Notes: generated by a model not told the origin, from the letters alone. A stretch of 62,638 nucleotides of DNA, filler included, from Sluysia triapertura (GCA_046118255.1; 4 parts of 4 records of this genome joined end to end with filler, not necessarily neighbours in it); one strand, 5' to 3'. Numbered from the whole stretch's first letter, positions 38,350 to 53,500 are shown. Translations and numbers: made by a program.

Positions 38350-41300
38350 TAGTAGTTGGATCGACCGCCCACATATTCATTCATGATTGATGATTACAAG
38401 TTCATTAAAAACTTATAAGTAGTGACACTATATTATGATTTAATTGTTTAATAATTGTTAATTTGGTATCTTGAAATTATCTAAAAGGAATATTTCATTA
38501 AATAGCTATCTATGAAGATATAATCAATGTTGAATTGACAAATAATTCATTACATGTTAATATTATGATTAAATTAGATATTTATGATTTTATAAATTTA
38601 ATAAAATTAAAATGAAAAAGTATTAAAGCTCATCAAATTAATATCTATATCCAATTGTAACCCTAATTATCATAATATAACGATTAATTCATAATATAAA
38701 ATATACAAATCATCTCTATTAATTATTTAAAATTGATGATTCCATAAAGTTGTTTTTAAAAATCTTTTGTATTTATTTCAAAACAATCCAGGAAATAATT
38801 TTGGAAGATTTATCCAACACAAGGTTTATTAATAACGTTATATTTTGAAAAATTACAGAACTTTTTTATTATTTATTACTTGTTAATAATTTTAGTTCGA
38901 AAAATGTGAATGGCAAATACTATTAAATTATATAATAAACAAAGAGTGTACTTCAAAATTTTGTTAGAATTAGCAATAAATTGATTGTGTTTTTAATAAT
39001 AATCAATATCAGCAAATGATAATAATTTAGAATAAGATATAATCATGGTTAGAAAAAAGAAATAATATTCAATATTAATAAAATACTTACATTAAATTTA
39101 GAATTAAAATGCCTACATGTAAAAACAATATAAAAGAATTCACTAAATTTGTAATTCATAAAAATGAGAAAACAGAAAAATCCAGATTTATTTGGGACGT
39201 GCAACAAACACCAATAACTTCATCACAATCTATTAAAACTTTGGATTTAACGCAGCATCTTTAGTTTATACATTAGTTGTGAGTTGCTTTAAATCTATTC
39301 AAAAATATTACCCAAATATCTGTTCGTTTTTGTTCACTGAGTATAATACCTTTTTAAATATTGTAATTAAACTTAAACATTAAAAAATATTTTAATAAAT
39401 ATTAAATACTTTCGTAATAATTTTCTTTGTTTAATAATTTATTTGTAATAAAAATATTGAATATTAAAAAGAAAGATTACATTGATTAACAAATTCGTAA
39501 AAATCCTGTAGAAAAGCCTACGTACAGTTAAAAGACATTGACCACAAGCGAGCTCATTAATTCATTCATACCAGAAAGCAAATTTAACTGAAACAAGCAC
39601 AGGATTAACATAATATATTTCACTCAGTTTAGTGATCCAACTCTGAAGCTGTCGAATATGCTACAACCATATTCAAAGCATCACCTACACATTTACTTGT
39701 CTTTTAGATGTTTTCATTTACGTAAATAGATTATAAATAGATTATTTTCCACTCAATAAACTTATCATTCTTAGAAAAATTAGAAAATGAACAAAATAAT
39801 CCAGAACTACCACCACCATGAATGGATAAAATAAATGAAAAATCAAAAAATACATTAAACAAATGAGAAAATGTAGAAGTTACAACTTGGTTTATTGCGC
39901 ACATTGTTATTGGGATATCGGCACTCTTTTTGATTAGGGAAATGAATGTTAAGGTTATTAAATAATATATTCTTTCATGATAATGAAATTTTCATTTCAC
40001 ATGTGACTAATTCAAATTCTGCATAAATTATTTAAGTTCTTTCATCACAATCAAAGAGAAAAATATATAACAATTTAATGACTTTAAAACCACTAACGGA
40101 TATTTTAACAAACAAATTACAGATCACTGTTAATAAAATGTCTCACGATTTGAATAATTCTTCATTTTTATCCATTTTCTATTCGCTTAAATTTTCAGTC
40201 GTGCACTAATGTGTGAATTCACTAAATGTGCTTATCTATTTATACTGAAATTTGTTCTATACTATTGCCTATTTTGCTATCCACTGTAGCCAATAGGCTT
40301 CATTATGCAGTATCCTCTATCTTTAGATTACAGTATTGGGCTTTTCTTTTTTTATTATACGTATATATTATGACCAATGCATACTGATTTCTTTGATTAT
40401 AGATTTCTTATAGTTAGTCAGTTACTATGGTTTCAGAAGTTTCACTTTATTTATTTATATATTTAAAAAATAGTATTTATTTTTCTTATTAGTAATTAGT
40501 GTTTCTTTTATATAAATATTGGTTTTCCTTTAGTGCAGTTTCTATGGTAATGTATTGTTTCCATAGTAACTCATTCACATCCTATTTTTACTGTTTCTAG
40601 TGTATTTCTTGATTTCAGGTTATTTTGCTGTCGCTATTGAAGTATTTTAATTTTATGATTATCTTTAAAATAATAATACTAAATTAATATAATAACGATA
40701 ATAAGAATAATAATATACTAATAAATGAACCAATCAAATCCAAGAATTCTTTATCGCAATAAAATTTTAATAAGCGCATCAAACAATTAATTACAATAGA
40801 ATCACAACTTCAAACTACATTTCAGACAGTTTATAATTCCTAATAAAATAATTACATTAAAATCTGACCAGATCCGTGAAAAGACCATTCTTTTAAAATT
40901 GTTAATTTTGCAAAGGTAATTTAAATAACTGGTAAAATCTAATTTATTTAAATTCTATTATCTATATTTTAAAATGAATAAACCTTTTCATACTCATTCA
41001 GACTTTGGATGTTACTTCTTTGTTTTCATTAGCTTTTTTATATTTGTAATTAGAATATTAATTTAAGGTATTTTTATTCACTTTATTTTGTTAACTCGAC
41101 CTAACCTGAACTAGTGTAATTACACAATCAATAGCAGTAAATTGAACCTCCAAGCTTAAGATTAAGAAACTTTTAAAATCATGTAGACAATCATATGTTC
41201 TACTATACGATTTTGATTACAGGCGGACTCGAATACTTAATACTCGAATAATTTAAAAGAAAATTCTTATAAAATTGTCTATTACTGCAAAAATAAAAAT

Positions 41301-43901
41301 TTTATTGTAGAAATTTTACGGTTTATTGGAAGAATAAAATAAAATTTCATTACATTTTTATGGTTAAAAGAAAATTTATTACAATTTTTATAGTTTCGTA
41401 TTGTTGGGCTTATAAATAATTTGAGAATTATTATGAAATGACACAAAATAAAATAATAAAATCTGTAACGAAAATTGGAAAAATTTGTGATGATTGAAAT
41501 TAATTATTATTGCTTAAGATTATTCATCGGGTTCAGTTGTTAACAAATCCAGATCAATCGATCATAATCTTGCGACCAATTTCGTAAAGTTTTTATTTTT
41601 TAACGAAGAAATGAATAGACTTAAATTCTTAATTACTTTTAGAATACTTTACTACTAGCCATAAACTATATTCAAAATAATTTAATCTAATTATTAAGAA
41701 ATAATTTAATACAATGTTTAATATATATTATTAAACATTGTTGTTTCTTTTGTTTCAAACTATATAAACCGTTTTTCTTATATTAGGAGATTTTTTACAT
41801 AAATTTATATTGTAATGTAGACGGAGACCTTGTTCTTGTTATTTATTTCATTGTTCATTAAAGAAAAATAAAAGATTGTAAAGAATATTGTTCTAAGTTA
41901 TAGAGAAATTGATAGGCATGGATCTTAGAAGAAAAACTGTACGAACAAATTAAACCACCTGTCGAACTCTATTATTGGATTTGAATAAATTGAGAAAATA
42001 TAAATAGAATATATCATCAGAAAGAGTTAGATTAAGGAAATATTACAGGTATAAAAGGATACTTACAAAATTATACAGGTACGTCTCTCTAGGAAGTATA
42101 AATCTTGCACTGCAGCCTAACTCGAAAAATTAACATTATTTTGCAAGTAATTTAGTTGTTATTTAGGTGTTATTTCTAAATTATTTTTTGGTCGCATGTC
42201 TTAAGCTAAAGTTAATGAAACCAATAATAATATGTTAATAAATATTAATAACGTTAATAACAATAATATTTTAATAATAATCTTAGAGCGTGATGCGCGT
42301 AGTGTAAATAATTTGTATTATTAATTTTTAAGGTGTAACGCCTATATAAAATATTACACTTAATTTAGGTTGTAATACCCATTTTGTTGATTAGAAAAAT
42401 TATAAAAAGTGAGAAATATGCAAATAAAATACAATACAATAAAAATTATCCACACGAGAATTAATGATTTACAAAAAAATAGAGATAAATAATTCATTGT
42501 CATTTCGCAACAACCGGCAATAATAGACGACAGAAAGTACAAAAGAAAATTGGCGACAAAAACCGCTAAAAATCAGACTGTGATTGCTATGTGAAATAGC
42601 GTTCGATTTTGAAAAAAACATATAAATTAATTACACGATAATACGACTGTCATTCACGAATAATAACATTGTATACCAATTCCTTCTGAATAATCGAACA
42701 GCTATTGTCGTCAATTTATCTTTATTGAGACAAAAAACAGTAAGTTTGTTAATGGAGATCAGCTTTGATTAATTTTAAGCATGTAAAAATCTTTTCAGAT
42801 AGTTTAAAGCTACCTTTAAAATCTATTATAAAATTTATCTCAGCTATTAATATAATTGTTTTATTTACTATATTTTTATTTGGAATCTCATTTTCGTATT
42901 ATTTCTTTATAGTGTTCATGGAATTAATAAAATATTTTGATATCGTTCGATTTATGTTATTGATTTTATGCACAAAAATAATTAATTTAAATTTTAAGTA
43001 ACGTATTAATTAGTACAAGTTAAAAATTCATAATTATAATCAGAAAACATCAATTAAAGAAAGATTTAACATTGTGGGTGATTTAAAATAAAGACAGTGA
43101 CTGGATAGATATAAAACTAACGTAATCTCGAATAATGCTGTAATAATAACAATATTATTATTAATATTAATATTAGTAATAATAATAATAATAAATAACA
43201 ATTATAATGTTGGAATTGTCCAGCCGTTGAATTATAACAAACATGGAATTATAAAATGTGGGAAGAATTGAAACAAAGTAATAGATAGAATATTACATAC
43301 AGAGTTCGAATAAGAATGATGATGAAAACTTCCATAAATATCTTGGGGTTCCAAAGACCTTTATAGAGCGTTGAAGGTTGAAAATGGTCTAAGACCTTTT
43401 GAAGCGTTGAAATACCCCTGACCTGTGAACCGTGAAACCATTTGAAACCTCATCGACCTTTAAGAATCTTTGAAACTTTGATAAGTATTGGAGACTTGAG
43501 TAACTTAATAAGGCATTTGAAATCTTTAAAACATTTTAAAAATGAAATTATTGTTACTAATAATAAAAATGTGGTTCAACCTCTTTACTTACACAAAAAA
43601 CAACAAACATTAAATCAAATGCACAGACAGTTAAACACTTAAACACATGAAGAACTTTTCATACCAAAGATATTGGTTAGACTCTTAATTAATATGATAA
43701 TGAATGTTCTATAAAATCAAGTTTTTCTCAAGCTCTTTATTCTTTTCGAAAATGTATTTTTTTCTATTAACCATCCTCCCAAGATCTAAAGGTGCTCAAG
43801 AAAGCTTTTGTCAGCATCCTTCTAGTGTTATTAAAGCTTATGGATCTAAAAATTGAAGGTCGTGAAGGTTGTCGATATAAGTCACAGTCGATCTGACTTC
43901 G

Positions 43902-44068
43902 ATTCCATGCCAGATATGTGGATCTACATAGTCTGGATTACATTTTGGATGTATCACCTGTGAATGACGTAAAAAAATTTTCAGAATAATGATCAAATTT
44001 AAGGATGTTCGTGAATACGTGTAAAAGTTGTCGTTAGAATCGTATTAATATTGGTATGTCAAGAAAAG
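43902..44068 (+). pseudogene. Nuclear receptor C4 zinc-finger DBD pseudogene fragment (NR1/ROR-HR3-like)
   Basis: IPCQICGST*SGLHFGCITCE*RKKIFR, then a deletion or frameshift, then NTCKSCR...INIGMSRK|GT. Confidence 0.8.
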
Positions 44069-46313
44069 GTATTTGTACTGGAAAACATACTAATTTTAGA
44101 AGCATATATGTGCTAAAGAGGTATAAGAAAATATGAATAAAGTATTATTAATAGTGTGAAAAATTGCAGTGCAAGTAGTAATATTAGTGATTGCACTAGT
44201 GTAATTTTAATGATAATAATAATAATAATTAAAAATAATAATAAAAGTGAATTAAAAATAAATGCTAAAGCAAGTGTTGATACTAACAGAATTTCTTTAA
44301 AACCTAGTTATAGTTATATGTAGTTCTTATACTACTACCATCATTGTCAAATGTGACTAAAAAAGAACAATTAATATCTACATATATTCAATGTAATGAA
44401 AATCAGTACATCAAATAATCACTTGTCTTTGCCGAATACTTACTTTTTTAACTCATCACCTCATATTATTACATATAATTTTGATTGCAATAATACCAGT
44501 ACTAGTTATAGTAGTAGTAGTGGTGGTAGAAGTTGTAGTACAGGAAGTAGTAATAGTAGCGGTAGTTTAGAATGTAGTAAAATATTAACGAATAAAAATC
44601 TAAGACAGAAAGAAAAGCAGAGCATAAAAAATTAGTAATCGATCAAAAAATTCAACAGCTGTGAAGTTTTTAATAAACTAAGTAAAACTTTAAAAAATGT
44701 ATATTCTTCATGATTTCAAAGAACAAAATTTCGATATTGCGATTGTATGCTGTGAGTATGGTCTTAATCCAAATAATAAAATGATAATGCCAATAATTAT
44801 AAAGAATATCAACAATATCAATGCAATGAAATGAAGGAATTACACCGTAACGATGTGAATAATCATAAAGAAAATTATCAGTTCCAAAAATTTCAACAGT
44901 GCTGCAAACAGGTCGAACAAAAGAAATACAGAAACAAGGATATATAAACTATGCTAAAGAAAAACAATAACTAAGTTATGGAATGAGACTATAAATGGCC
45001 ATAAGAAATTCGAACAATATCAAGCTATCGACTCGAACTGCATAAATCTATTTATCCATTCATATAAATTATTTAGTGTTTATTCCGTTAAGATGTACAT
45101 ATATCATGTCATGAATACAAGGAATTAATTAATATATTCAAAAAATTATTCAAAAATTATGTCAAAGAGAAGCACTAAATTATTACATATTAATAAAATG
45201 AAATACTGAGCTGTATCAATTAGACGAAATAACAAATTTTCTCAATAATAGATTTTCTTAATGGAATTTTTTATTGAATTATTAATGGAAACATTTTAAT
45301 AAAACCAATTTTTTAACTAATGGATTTTTGTAATTAACTAATTTGTAATAATTTTATTTATATTTACTTATAAAATATCTTAATGTTAATCTTTCTTACT
45401 TCCTTTTCTTATTTAATTTTACTCTTTAAACTAAACTCGAATATTTTAATCAACAAGAAATGATTCGTAATGACTGGTAACTCGATCAACAAGAATTATT
45501 AACAAGAAATGATTTGTAATAACTGGTAACTCGATCAACAAGAATTATAATATGGTAGCTTGTTCCACAAAAAATGCTTGTAATATGATTAAAGTCTCTC
45601 TTTTTATACTCAATTCCACTTTCTATATTTGATAATTATTAAATATAAAATTCTGACAAATAATAACAGTACAAAATAGTTAAAATTTGATTCTGTTGTA
45701 TATACAATTTTATTTGATAATTATTTAAATAAAATTCTGACAGTACAAAAATAAAATAGTTAGAATTTAATTCTGTTCTAAATAATTTTAATTGGTTAAT
45801 ATACAATTTTTCTATAATAATTTAATATATAATTTTCTAAATATAAATTTTGTTAGTACAATAATTTTATTAGTTAATTCTATTACAACAATTTTCTGAA
45901 TAATAATAGTAATAATCTTTCTAAATAATTAAATAATAATAATAATAATAATAACAATTTATTTATTGTTTTATTCTTAGATCTACGAAATAAATAAATG
46001 AATATTATAAATTAAATTAAAATGCTAATGTTATTTTGTTAATTAAAATACCAATATTATATTATGTACATTTACATTTATTATTATGACATCAAACGTT
46101 TTAATATATTATGAACATTTACATTTTATTATTATGAATATTACTATGACATTAATTATTATAAAAATCAATGAAGATTACATACCAATAATGTAAAATC
46201 TAAATCAAATTGTTTGAAACTGCACAAATCCAGTCAAATAATGTAAAATCTAAATAAAATTGCTTGAAGTTGCACGAATCCAGTTATTCGATTAACTAAA
46301 ATCGTTCTTCTCG

Positions 46314-46413
46314 NNNNNNNNNNNNNNNNNNNNNNNNNNNNNNNNNNNNNNNNNNNNTTAATTAATTAANNNNNNNNNNNNNNNNNNNNNNNNNNNNNNN
46401 NNNNNNNNNNNNN
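46314..46413. other. Artificial contig spacer
   Basis: 44N-TTAATTAATTAA-44N. Confidence 0.95.
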
Positions 46414-46463
46414 GGACCATCGTCTGCGCAGTCCGACTGCTCTACCACTGAGCTATCAGCCCC
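46414..46463 (-). repeat. tRNA-derived repeat (Ala/Cys-like 5' half), cut by the contig end
   Basis: Reverse complement GGGGCTGATAGCTCAGTGGTAGAGCAGTCGGACTGCGCAGACGATGGTCC has a canonical D-arm and A box. Confidence 0.75.
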
Positions 46464-47557
46464 GTCTAACAATTTCATTTTTTTTTAATACATTCAATTA
46501 TACTACTTGGCACTTTTTAGGCCTTTTACCCCAACATATATAAGTATAATAATAAAGATTTTATGTAACTCAACCGAAGTTGGTACTTATCAGTTTATAA
46601 TGAAAATTACGCAACCATTTTATGGTATTGCTTAAAATTAAAATGAAATTTATGTATATTTTAAGATTCCCGGATGGTGAATCAACCTTAAAGGAAAATA
46701 AAATTACTAGTTCATGGAATCTTGCAATTGACTAAAAATTCTCTAAATAATAATTTTAATCTTCTCCGGATGCTAATTTCAAAACTGTAAATTTTTAACT
46801 CTAAAACACTTGTGTTGAAATGAAATTTTGCTTACCTATTTATACTAATTGATTTCTCTCTCCATCTTGGTTTTTCTTTCTTTGATTCGAACAAAATTTA
46901 AATTGATTTAGGATAACAAAATTGTTTAAAATAATTTAATTCTTGCTACTTTTGTTTAATTAATTTAAAATAATTATTAATTTTATTATTTTTATTTTAT
47001 TTTCGTAATTTTATTTTGTAATTTTATTTTCAATATTTTATTTTGTATTAAATTTAAAATAATATTTTGTTTTCCAAAATATAATAATATTTAAAATAAA
47101 AAATGATTAAATAAATAAAATACAAATATGACACATATATACAAAACACGATTCACACAATGTTAATTCTAACAGTACTATTGAATTTTGTACTATAACA
47201 TTTTATTAATTTTTGTAATATATAATTAATTTCGAGTTCTTTGAATATAACTAATATAGTTTCAAAATTATAAAATTGCGAGAGCATTGAAGCTTTATCA
47301 GAATTTCATTCTGATTCGTAAAACAAAAAGTTAATACAAATCCTTTTCATGGGATTTTCGAAAAATAATTATCAATATAACCTTTAATAAACTGTATAAT
47401 AATTCTCATCAAATTTTTAACCTCCATACTCAATTTTATAGTTTCAGTTGATTTACAAAACCGAACGGCTAGCCCTAACCGGTAAGCCTAGTGCGTTGTT
47501 GAACTCACTAGAATCTTATTTTATTCTGTTAGTGTAAGGTTAAGAAAACCCCAGCAA

Positions 47558-47604
47558 TATAATTAACTACATAAGAACAAAATTGTTAGACGGCGCTGAT
47601 AGCT
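47558..47604 (+). repeat. Truncated third copy of the tRNA-like repeat with its upstream flank
   Basis: TATAATTAACTACATAAGAACAAAATTGTTAGACGGCGCTGATAGCT matches the reverse complement of 36689-36735 and 46451-46502. Confidence 0.7.
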
Positions 47605-48104
47605 GACACCGCATTTTCAGCACTATAAGACGTATCCTAAAAAATTAACTCAATTTTAACTCAAAAATCGTATAATCCGGATAATACTGTAATTTTAATA
47701 ATAATAACAATATTAAAAATAATAGCGCATCAAGTTTATATATATTAATCAATATTCTCATTTAAAGTTTATGCTTTCTCAATATACTCGTGTAATTAAT
47801 TTAGAATCGTATTATTATATTTTTAATAATACTAGTGTGAGAATTACTGTGAAGTGATTGTTTATATTTTCTGTTCGTAGATTTATGTATAGTTTTATGT
47901 TAATTATAAATTTTGATTGTTTCGATTTTGTAGACTTTCATTCAACATTTTATAGTAATAAATTGAAATAATTACGCTTTACTGTTTTCAGTAATATTTT
48001 ATTTTAAATAAGAACTATATTTGTTAATTTTAAATTTTAAAATTATTTAATATAATAATATGTAAATAAAGCGTTATTTCATTTTTGTACATATTAGTAC
48101 TGTA

Positions 48105-50543
48105 ATGGATCATTTAATTTATTTGAAATGGATATACAAATCAGTTCGTTGCGATTCTTTACATCCTTCAGTATGTTATACTTTTTAATCTATCATTAAT
48201 TTAGTTTCTCACAGAATCGCTTAAAAAGTCTTTTAGTAGTTGCGAAATTTATAACGAATTTGGTGAAAAATATCTAACAAATTATCCTTCTAATTCAGGT
48301 TTTTCCTTATTATTTAATGACACAATTAAGTTAGATTTTTTTCAAATATTTGACTATTTTTTGAATCATCCTGCAAAAATCATGGAATTACTATCTGAAA
48401 AGGATGTAAATGATTTTATAAGTAGTTTAACGAGTAGTGAACCTTTCGATACAGTTTGTGTTTTTCTTATTTAATTTATAATATTCAGAATAAACATATT
48501 TCATTAATTAAATGCTACTTAAAGGCTTATATTTGCGAAATAACACCTTTAGAAAGGATTCAATATGTTTTAAATTCTTCAGTTGCAGCAATTCAGTCCA
48601 AATCATATGAAGAAGAATTTAACGGTTCAAATGATTTTTTAAATATTCGAAAATATCTTTATATGTGGTTAGAAAACAATGCTTGTAAGGGAATGGAAAA
48701 ATTACATATGAAATTAAACCAAGTTTGTAATGCAATTTCATTTTACTTAGTATTATAGAGTTATTCGCGTTCTGAGTGGATGTGTTATGTAAAGAATTTT
48801 AGTGATTTAGGTTCATTGTTGTTATATACTATTAATTATTGTGCTCAAAGTCGAATAGGAGAATGTACAGGTTAATTTATACATAGTCTTAATTTATAAC
48901 AATTAAAAAATAATTCTAAATTTGTATTAAAATTAAATTTGTATTTCGATATTAGTAATTCTTTATTTGTATAAATGAATTTTTAGTACATGTACCATCT
49001 ACTCAATGCATTTCAAGTGGCGAAAGTTTGTGTGAGAATAAACGTCGTGTTAACAGTACCGAACTGTTACGAGTATTCCCGGAATTATTACCGGAATCTG
49101 ATCAAAATTATTCAATATTCCCAATAATCTCAGTTGATCATTTATCAAAAATATGGCCAATTACTGATCATAACATTAATAAAGTTGCCGATTCGTTATT
49201 AAGATGCCTTTGTGTTGCTTTGGTCTTTCATTACACATCAGGAGTTAGCCTTAAAAACTTAGCTACTCTTTTAAGTACGCCAGTCGTTAATAATACAGGT
49301 TTTAATTTTTTTAATTACATACATGAACATTTTTAAATTTACGTTTCTTAAATTATAAGTAAGTGATGCACCATAATATTGTAATACAGTGATATAGATA
49401 GCATTGTAATACCGCATAATATTTGTAATTCTTTCATTTGGATTTTCATAAAGATAGTAGAAAAGTTTTCAGGAACATAAATCAATAAGTCAGAATTCAT
49501 TCAATTACCACGGCGAGGAAAACTGGCACATTGACACGTAACCTATTCGATAATACAGGTATCATGACAGTTATTAGAAGGAAGATCTATTGTGGTTTAG
49601 ATGTACGTTTAAGCTAATGTTCCTTCAGAAATATTTTTCATTTCACGATAACTACACCAAAGCATGTATGAAGAATATTATCTCTAAACTGATGCTACAT
49701 TATAATTCTGTGGTTTTCAGGGTTTATATTGCGAAAGTACATATCAATGCAAAAAATATTTTTAAAATTAAATTTTAATTGTATAATAATAATAATTTAT
49801 TTGATAACCAAAAGTGTATTCGTTTTCTGATACTAAAATCAAGTAATCTAATTTTACATTTATTTTAATCAAAATAATAGTTATTGATTAATATCTCCAT
49901 TGATTTATTAAATTTATTATAAAACTATGCTTCTTTGGATCCTAGAAGTTTTTCAATTTTTCGTATGATTTTTTTAGATATCTTGTTGCTAAAGTGATGC
50001 GCTAGTGACAAAAAATGGATGATAATCGGTTAGAGGAAGGTCGGCGAGTAAAATCTACCGATATGATGATTTCTAAACTGATTTTCACGTTTTGTGTTCT
50101 ACAGTTATCGTGCAAATTTAATTCCATTTCTGTTGACTTTTAATTTTGGTTTTCTACTTTGAGTTTTATATTAACCTCGATAATTTGTTTATAATATTCA
50201 TCATAATTCAAAATTTAAAAATTTATAAAAGTACTCCTATTGAAATCTACCACATATGAGAATAATCTGAAATTGACTTTTGGTGTTGGAATCGATGAAA
50301 AATTTATCTGATAAGCAATATTTCTTTTGTCGCGAGAAACCAACTTTTTATCAAACGTTAAAATATTGTTTATGTTAAAGATTATAATGTTATGTGACTT
50401 GAAAATGTGTCTAAACTTGGATTCACCTTCAACTAACATATATATCCACGAGGAAGACATTGCAGGATTTTTTATATTATGTTATATATGCAAATGAACT
50501 TAAGTTCTACTGAGAGTGTTGCTGAGCTATATTACTTAATTAC

Positions 50544-50582
<39 letters not shown>

Positions 50583-53500
50583 TAACAACATATTAATTTA
50601 TATTGCGCTTATATCTACTGCACAATAAGTATTCAAAAGCGCTTAAAATAAATCTTTCACTGTAATGTTTCTGAAACTGAATGAACTTTGCCTTTTTCTT
50701 AAATATTTCATGATCTTCCAGTAAACCTGGCATTCCGTGGTAGCTAGTTGCATATTTTTGAAACAAACCTATCACCTAGTTTATTATCATTGTGGATTCT
50801 GTATAGATTATTATGTCTCAATGAAATATTCATCTTGGTTTCCAAAGTTTATATTGTTTCTAAGAGATACTCCTCAGGACTTCTGTAATGCAAGCATTTG
50901 TAAATTATTGTCATGATTTTGAATTTTGCTTTTACAAATTGCTCAAAACAATTTCGCTTTAAATGTACTTTATTATATGTTCAAATAATTCTTTTGGTCC
51001 TCTCACTTCAGATACCACTTTTACCGCTTTATACCTTTACTAAGTTTTAATTAACAAATACTTTTTAACCATGTATTTTGGTTCTGCTTAACTCTTTAAT
51101 TTCTTATAGATCAACTTAAATATGAAGATAACAAGGTGAATTATAAAAAATGATAGTTATACTGAAACTTTAATATATAACAAATAATGTGATAATAAAA
51201 TATACTATTAAACTATTAAGATTTCGTCTTAATAATAATAATAATTAAATTTTACTTCTGATTTTAATGCTAAATTTATTCTAATATGAATAGTTTATTA
51301 TTTTTTGTAGTTCAGTTAATCCTTAAATTATTTAAGAAAGAAAATCGTATAAGTAAATAACTTATGATTTTAATCTTTGTACAAAAATTATTAAAGATCC
51401 GAGAATGACGTTCACTGAGCAACAATCCAAGCAGTTCAGAAAATTAAATACCAAATTGAGCGAATCGGGATAACGAACAATCTTTTAACGAGGTTCTTTT
51501 AAATACTCCGAAAAATTAAATGTCTATTGAACGAGAAGTGATAAATTTTAATATATTTATTTCTTATAATTTCTTATGCATTCTATTTCTTATTATTTTT
51601 GAATAGCGTTTAACGCTATTTATATGAATTTTTACTAATTGGTTGTTACACCCTGAGTAATGAGTTAAAGGCAATACGCCTTAAAATATTGGACATAAAA
51701 TTACAAGGTGCGACGCTTATAATAATAATCATTTAATTGGCGTTACGCCCTAATTTATTATTAACATTTCTTTAAATTATTATAATTAACTTATTCTCAT
51801 TATTAATTATGTTTTTATTGTTTATTATTACGGCGCAACAGCCATTGAGAAATATATCACTCTTTGACAATTTTTGTTTATGACCTAAACTGAGGCATCC
51901 ATGTAAACAAATGTATGTGATTTCAAAAGTTTGAAATAAATAAGTCCAAATTAACAATCTTGGAACATTATTTATCAAAGATGATATTCCTGACCATGGA
52001 GTGTCTTCAAGATTTTCGTTTCTTAAAAAGTTTGAGCTGTTCTTTCTAACGCTTTGCACATTATATGCAGCTTTAATGGAACGTTATCCCAGTTTTTTGT
52101 TGTATTAAGGGAATATCGAATAAATATTAAAATAAATAAAATATTAATATTGTCTTTCTATAATAAATATTTGTTCAAATTTTTTTAAATTAAATCTTGC
52201 TTTAAAAAAATTGTTGAAGATACGAAAGATTTTCATGGTTAGCTAAGAATTTTAGAAAACGTAAATTTATGATTTTATAAATTTATGATTGTATTCAAAA
52301 TCAAATCTAGAATGCGTTAATCTTAATCGTTGAACTACTCCATTTGAATATTTCATACTTTAATTCCCTTTAAATTAATTTTATTAAATATATTACTAAT
52401 TTTTAGATACATCAACATTTAAATCAATACCAGCATTAATTTCGGATACCAAAAGCGATACGAATAATAATCATGGATTTTTCCTAGATTTGAATTCAGA
52501 TTATCGAAATGACAAGCTGAAATGCATTTTTAATAAGGTTATTATTATTATTTTATTAACATATTGCTGATATGGTACGTATCTAAACAGTTATCCTATG
52601 ATGGAACATTGATGCCATATATAATCCAATCTGGGCCGGCCCAAGATATAAGATGTCTTCATGTATGACAAAATAATGAACTAATAATTAATTTAATTTT
52701 AAAGAAGCATATGTGATGTATACAACTTTTAAATTACAGATAATGCCGCAATTGAAAAGAATGTATAATGTCAATCGAAATAATTTATTTGCAAGATTCT
52801 TAAAAAAATTTGTTAAAACTATTGTGTTTAATTATCTTTCTTGCTTTATTTTAGTTTACACAGCTAGTATAATTTAATATTTTAAACTTCTTACACTTGT
52901 CACAAACTTATAAACTGGTTATATACTATCACGAGACTTTTAACTTGTCTCGTCCAGTTGAGATGAGAGTGCAGATATGAGTTCTGTTTTGAAATCGTTG
53001 TATGACGAACTTTTATTAAATATTTATTAAAATATGCGAAAAATGAGTAAATCATGTTTAAAAGTTGTTGCACGTAATGTAGCAATTTCTTTCCATTAAA
53101 AATATTTTATTTTTATTTTTTCCTACTTTTCATGAATAATGTTCACTAAATTATAATAATCATTTAGTTGCAATATAAGATCTTTTTGTAAAATTTTCAA
53201 TTTTTATTAATATAATGTAAAATTTATATCCCCTATCCTTTCTCACAACTTTTATAGTAATGCTTATTTATTATAGTAACTACACGTTTCTATATATCAT
53301 ATTTCTGGTATATTTGTTAATTTTTTGTGAAAATTACTTGATACTTATTCTTTGTAAGTTTTCTTAAATCAACTATTAATTAAGTGACTCTTTATCTAAT
53401 TCGTTTAATTTTTTACCAGCCTCTTTCTTAACTAAAATTATAATTTATCTTTGTCTTAAATAACTCCTCACTTAATTTATTCAATATAAGTTCAGTTCGG

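Noticed and set aside
39797-39950. TGA-to-Trp recoding
   Set aside because: Intact genes here use TGG for Trp and PPIL2 appears to end in TGA; in-frame TGAs occur only in decayed sequences.
43320-43540. Collagen-like 9-nt periodicity on the minus strand
   Set aside because: Too degenerate; no sustained Gly-X-Y frame.
51602-51843. CRISPR array
   Set aside because: Eukaryotic context, repeats only about 11 nt and degenerate, no cas genes; kept only as a hairpin array.
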